NCBI GenBank assembly: GCA_964615445.1
Contig: CAZTOK010000004.1
Span: 7,436 to 71,435 of the forward strand
Length of the DNA stretch: 64,000 nt
Direction of reading: 5' to 3'
DNA from: an uncultured Candidatus Saccharibacteria bacterium
Lineage (GTDB): Bacteria; Patescibacteriota; Saccharimonadia; Saccharimonadales; Saccharimonadaceae
The notes under the pieces are model-generated. The model was given only the letters and a program-made list of their open reading frames with translations. It ran no database searches and was not told where the DNA came from. Every line of letters begins with the position of its first letter. Position 1 is the first letter of the stretch. Both the position numbers and the translations under genes were made by a program. Of this stretch, positions 60,573 to 64,000 are shown in pieces.

Positions 60573-60665
60573 GGAGGAGTACCCAAGTGGCTGAAGGGGA
60601 CGGTTTGCTAAATCGTTAGTCCGGGGAGACCTGGAGCGGGAGTTCGAATCTCCCCTCCTCCGCCA
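60573..60665 (+). tRNA. tRNA-Ser (anticodon GCU), CCA encoded
   Basis: Acceptor GGAGGAG/CTCCTCC, anticodon arm ACGGT-TTGCTAA-ATCGT (one G-U pair), a long variable arm, T-arm GGGAG-TTCGAAT-CTCCC, discriminator G and CCA. Confidence 0.9.
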
Positions 60666-60724
60666 AGCAAGAGCACTTTACGAAAGTAAGGTGTTTTTGC
60701 TTGTGTTTAGAAATAACTCTAGCC

Positions 60725-61291
60725 CTACACAAGAAGGAGAATAATAGCGGGTACAACTAGTATGCCCAGTAATGTCAAACCAGCCAACTTGGTAATATAG
60801 CCAATGATGTTTTCAGCCTGACTCATCGAACGCGCAACCAAAACGTATCCAGCATGATTACCGTAAGGCACAATGACCGCGGCATCCCTTATCTTATCGT
60901 GTTGCCATGTGAACCAGTTGTTGCTACGATTTTGCGAATCAGGAAAAGCGCTAGTTGGGGGCAATGGCACTCGGTCGCCGATTTTACCCGAGGAAGCAAG
61001 AACACGAGTGTTGTTATCGACAATAGTCACAAAAGGAGCAAGACTCTGCGACTCATCAACTAACGCCGTAGTAGGTACAACTGAACTAGCAGATGCGCCT
61101 TGACTGAGTTTGCTGGCTATATCTTGAGCCATTTGTAACTGCGGGTCATTCATGCCTATGCGAAGAGATTGCTGCAGACCTACATAACCAAAGAGGAGCA
61201 AACCACAACCAATCGTTACTACTAAGAGCCAAAGACGAAGAGATTGTCGTGTTATTTTTTTGACTTCAATCATATGTATATAATAACTCAC
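60725..61291 (-). CDS. Membrane protein with N- and C-terminal TM helices, unknown function
   Basis: TMs at LWLLVVTIGCGLLLFGYVGL and LAGLTLLGILVVPAIILLLV flank a ~120-aa exposed domain. Confidence 0.5.
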   Translation of the reverse strand: MSYYIHMIEVKKITRQSLRLWLLVVTIGCGLLLFGYVGLQQSLRIGMNDPQLQMAQDIASKLSQGASASSVVPTTALVDESQSLAPFVTIVDNNTRVLASSGKIGDRVPLPPTSAFPDSQNRSNNWFTWQHDKIRDAAVIVPYGNHAGYVLVARSMSQAENIIGYITKLAGLTLLGILVVPAIILLLV

Positions 61292-61448
61292 TTCTAGCCT
61301 CGTGGATAATCTCCTGCCAAGAAAAATAGAGTCCCTAGGGCTTTATTTTTCTTGGGTTTAGGCAAGTATCGCGTCTTCGTGTAATTGACTATTTTACCAA
61401 TTTATGGTACGATCAATACTATAAATATAACAAAAATAAGAAGGTAGC

Positions 61449-62399
61449 ATGTCAGGCGAACGACTTACGACACCGGAAAGGAAAGTTGCTACAACAATAG
61501 CAAGAAGGCTTGGCACGGTTGGTTTGACAAGTAGCGGTGTCGAAAAACCAGACCCAACTCAAGACCAACTATTGATAGATCTTGGGAGAGATCACGCCGC
61601 AAATCCAAAAGATACGCTGGCTGTTGCCCGAGAGTATCTGATGGTTATTGGTTCGAACGAAAACCTCTCTCCTCAGGAAAAAGAGAAACTGCTCGATACG
61701 CAGCTGGATGTCGTTTTTGACCTTACAATCAAACTGGATCATTTGGCATTCCCACCTACTAAACCGGGCGAAGTTCGGAAGGGTGTCCCCGACTATATCC
61801 CTGACGGCTTTGTTGATATGGGTAAAGATGAAAATGTTGATCCGGCGAATCGGGAACGTGAACAGATACTGGTAGATAAACGTGATATTCTTACGAAATA
61901 CAAACCGTTCCTAAAAGATTTGTTGAGTCGAGACTATAGCCGAATTGACTTACAGACAAAAAAACGCCATCTGGCAATTGAAACAGCAAAAGAGATATAT
62001 AGTTCACTTGAATTCAATGCTGCTGCGAGCGATATGGGCGGAGATGTTGTACGACTTAGTAAAGTTCCGGAAGGAGTGTGTCGTCACCAAGGAATGACAT
62101 TTCAAGTTCTATGCCAAACGTTAGGCCTAAAATCACGCGTTCTCAAGTCCTATCGGGACGGTGAGCGCCATTCAGCTAATATGGTTCGCTTTAACGATCA
62201 GTGGTATATTTTTGATGTCACTAACCCTGATTACCAGCTTGATGATTCCGGTCAAAAAAGATGGCGTCCCGGTGCATTTGCAGTCGACGAACCACCTATG
62301 TCGGGTGAAATGAAAAAATACAGCGTAAGAGGTAAGTTTAGTGGTGAAGACCATACCTACCTTGCTCACGACAATATGTATTGGCGAATTGAATCATAG
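61449..62399 (+). CDS. Transglutaminase-like cysteine-protease-fold protein
   Basis: A C/H/D triad in the spacing typical of transglutaminase cores: EGVCRHQGMTFQVLCQTLGL ... GERHSANMVRFNDQWYIFDVTNP. No signal peptide seen. Confidence 0.5.
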   Translation: MSGERLTTPERKVATTIARRLGTVGLTSSGVEKPDPTQDQLLIDLGRDHAANPKDTLAVAREYLMVIGSNENLSPQEKEKLLDTQLDVVFDLTIKLDHLAFPPTKPGEVRKGVPDYIPDGFVDMGKDENVDPANREREQILVDKRDILTKYKPFLKDLLSRDYSRIDLQTKKRHLAIETAKEIYSSLEFNAAASDMGGDVVRLSKVPEGVCRHQGMTFQVLCQTLGLKSRVLKSYRDGERHSANMVRFNDQWYIFDVTNPDYQLDDSGQKRWRPGAFAVDEPPMSGEMKKYSVRGKFSGEDHTYLAHDNMYWRIES

Positions 62400-62434
62400 C
62401 CTATTAATAGTAAACAATATTTTAAAATGAAACG

Positions 62435-62471
62435 CCGGTGGCGCTTCACGTTGGACGTGATGCGCCACCGG
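62435..62471 (-). terminator. Terminator hairpin after the 62484-62999 gene
   Basis: ccggtggcgc-t-tcacgt-tgg-acgtga-t-gcgccaccgg forms 16 bp with one T-T mismatch. On the minus strand it is followed by a T-rich tract (CGTTTCATTTTAAAA). Confidence 0.6.
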
Positions 62472-62483
62472 TAGGTGAGGTGG

Positions 62484-62999
62484 TCAGGAGGCCGCGTTCA
62501 CCGCGGATGTCCTGTTGTAGAGTCCCACGACGGACAGGCTGTAGGAGATGCGCGCGCGCCTCTCCCTGTTGAGACTGGCCCAGTCCGACCCCATCTCCTC
62601 CTGGATCGCCTTGATGGCGCCCGCGGGAGTGTTGCCGTTCTTGTCCAGCCAGAAGCCCTTTTCCAGGGCCACGCGCAGGGCAGTGGTGCTCAGCTCGTTG
62701 TCGAGTCGCGCCCGTACCAACTTGAGCGCCTGCACCGCCAGTCGCGCGCCGGTGTTGGCGTCGTGACGGGCGGCGGCGCTGTCGTTCTCGTCGATACTCG
62801 CCATGGCGGCGGTCCACACTCGCTTGAGGCGGTTGCCCCAGTTGAGCGCCTTGCTCCGCCGGAACGCTCGGATCGCGATCGTGGCGCCGACTCGCTGAGC
62901 GGTCGTGAGACCGGTCAGTTCCTGCCACGCTGCCGTGATCAGGACCTCGAGCGGGACGTTCGCGAAGATGAGCGACTTCGAGCCCTCGTAACGTGCCAT
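62484..62999 (-). CDS. Hypothetical 171-aa protein on a very high-GC insert
   Basis: Starts MARYEGSKSLIFANVPLEV..., preceded by GAGAGGAG. Codons end overwhelmingly in G/C, and line 62521-62580 is 40/60 G+C. The two overlapping ORFs (62446-62928 minus, 62475-63050 plus) are R/G/P-rich shadow frames. Confidence 0.6.
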   Translation of the reverse strand: MARYEGSKSLIFANVPLEVLITAAWQELTGLTTAQRVGATIAIRAFRRSKALNWGNRLKRVWTAAMASIDENDSAAARHDANTGARLAVQALKLVRARLDNELSTTALRVALEKGFWLDKNGNTPAGAIKAIQEEMGSDWASLNRERRARISYSLSVVGLYNRTSAVNAAS

Positions 63000-63054
63000 G
63001 ATGGCACTCCTCTCATCAGTGGAGTGGGAATTTCCCGACTCCGAGATTGATATT

Positions 63055-63083
63055 ACTATAACACACTTATCTAAAATATGCAA
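63055..63083 (-). promoter_or_regulatory. Sigma70-like promoter for 62484-62999 (TTGCAT-N17-TATAGT)
   Basis: The -35 is the reverse complement of 63078-63083 and the -10 is the reverse complement of 63055-63060, with a 17-nt spacer. It lies in AT-rich DNA directly abutting the GC-rich ORF. Confidence 0.35.
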
Positions 63084-63129
63084 GTATTATTTGCATCTGA
63101 CCCCAACCTCGGTGTAGACGGTTCAAGCT

Positions 63130-64000
63130 ATGCAAGCTATACTGACGGCAATGGTGAAATATTTCATTAGACATATTGGGGCAATCTTGGGCACGCTTCG
63201 GGCGGAATATCGTCAGATTATGAATCGTTACTTTAGCACCACAGAGCGTTTTGAAGGCAATGCGAAACAGATTTGTGGTCATATCATTGATAAGTTATGG
63301 GAAGGCGATTTTTACCGCACTAGTCTCGGGCATTTTGACTTTTTCTGGATGCGCGATTTTGGAACAGTATGCCAGTCGTTGGTAAATATTGGTTATACGG
63401 ACAGAGTTCATCATACGCTTTGCTGGGCGTTGCATCATTATCGCCGTGCAGGCGCGGTGACGCTTTGTATTGATAAGAGTGGCAATACATTCAATGCACC
63501 AGCCCGAAAAAGCATTGATGCGCTTCCATGGTTGCTTCATTCACTCGTTGTGAGTGATTATCCTCTGAGCCTTGAGGAGCGAGCGTTTCTTGACAACCAA
63601 CTTGAAATATACGTCGACACTTTCTTAGATCGTAAAACGGGCCGACTTCGAAAAATGCGTTTTGCTGAAATGCGTGATGCAGTGTACTATGACCGGAGCG
63701 CATATGCCGTTGCATTGGTTGCGCGATTGGCGCACTGCGCGTACCAACTGCACCTTCAAACATTTCCTTTTCACACAGCTCAATACCAGGTGGAGCTTCT
63801 TGAAGAGTACTGGACGGGCAATTATTTTCGGGCAGATCAGGCCACTACTGCCTTTAGCTCAGAATGTGCCCTCATACCCTTTTTTCTAGGAGTTATCGGT
63901 GATGCTGAAAAAGCAGCTAAAACGTTCGACTATATTCAAACAGCTAAATACAATACGCTCTACCCTCTTGAATATTGCAGACAGCCCGACGTCTTTCACT
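63130..64000 (+). CDS. Six-hairpin (alpha/alpha)6 glycosidase-like protein, 3' end beyond the window
   Basis: Not in the ORF track because it has no stop. The frame is open from the TAG at 63115-63117 to nt 64000, with ATGs at 63130 and 63151. It translates MVKYFIRHIGAIL...GHFDFFWMRDFGT...IDALPWLLHSL...SSECALIPFFLGVIGD.... The WMRD and loop pattern suggest a GDE_C/GH63-like fold, which is a weak call. Confidence 0.65.
   Translation, partial: MQAILTAMVKYFIRHIGAILGTLRAEYRQIMNRYFSTTERFEGNAKQICGHIIDKLWEGDFYRTSLGHFDFFWMRDFGTVCQSLVNIGYTDRVHHTLCWALHHYRRAGAVTLCIDKSGNTFNAPARKSIDALPWLLHSLVVSDYPLSLEERAFLDNQLEIYVDTFLDRKTGRLRKMRFAEMRDAVYYDRSAYAVALVARLAHCAYQLHLQTFPFHTAQYQVELLEEYWTGNYFRADQATTAFSSECALIPFFLGVIGDAEKAAKTFDYIQTAKYNTLYPLEYCRQPDVFH

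Noticed and set aside
62446-63050. Two long ORFs (62446-62928 minus, 62475-63050 plus) overlapping the 62484-62999 gene
   Set aside because: Their products are dominated by R/G/P/A, as expected for off-frame reading of very high-GC coding DNA. Only the 62484-62999 frame has balanced composition and G/C-ending codons.
63067-63889. ORFs 63067-63282 (-), 63295-63540 (-), 63491-63763 (-) and 63662-63889 (+)
   Set aside because: All lie inside, and out of frame with or antisense to, the long plus-strand frame that is open from 63118 to the window end and has a coherent glycosidase-like translation.

Overview
This is a 64-kb chromosomal window from a low-GC bacterium; single 60-nt lines I hand-counted in ordinary genes are about 33% GC. 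It spans the replication origin. Gene content suggests a monoderm, ultra-small episymbiont of the CPR/Saccharibacteria type, but that taxonomic call is inference only.

- **nt 1-33,000:** a large rhamnose-type cell-surface glycan locus. It holds rfbB (partial), a fused rfbC-rfbD, rfbA, several GT2/GT4 glycosyltransferases, a WbsX+RgpF-like fusion, two GtrA-like and two GtrB-like proteins, and three big polytopic membrane proteins including a DUF2142-like one. It also holds a Wzm/Wzt ABC exporter with a Wzt C-terminal glycan-binding domain, a coiled-coil methyltransferase, a SucC/SucD-like CoA-ligase pair, and secreted repeat proteins.
- **nt 33,000-40,600:** the classical origin neighbourhood, with a LOG/SLOG-like gene followed by jag-yidC-rnpA-rpmH on the minus strand, diverging from dnaA-dnaN-recF on the plus strand. 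DnaA-box-like 9-mers lie on both sides of dnaA.
- **nt 40,600-58,700:** an 18-kb Gram-positive-type T4SS-like locus. It encodes a VirB4-like ATPase, a PrgI/VirB3-like protein, two giant paralogous VirB6-like membrane proteins, and a lysozyme+NlpC/P60 wall hydrolase. It also has several bitopic or polytopic unknowns and six tandem VirB2-like pilin paralogues, with a seventh at 60,057-60,467. No relaxase, coupling ATPase or integrase is visible.
- **nt 58,700-64,000:** hsp20, a decayed comF-like pseudogene, two tRNA-Ser genes, a transglutaminase-like protein and a 3'-truncated glycosidase-like ORF.

Four sharply bounded high-GC single-gene inserts interrupt this low-GC background, at 8191-8601, 9566-10441, 36206-36550 and 62484-62999. 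Hand-counted lines inside them are 58-68% GC. Each has its own AT-rich promoter-like element, and three of the four have a strong GC-rich hairpin terminator (only weaker hairpins follow the cupin gene at 8191-8601).

I saw no rRNA, CRISPR array, transposase or prophage genes. All functional calls come from motif recognition by eye; no database search was run.
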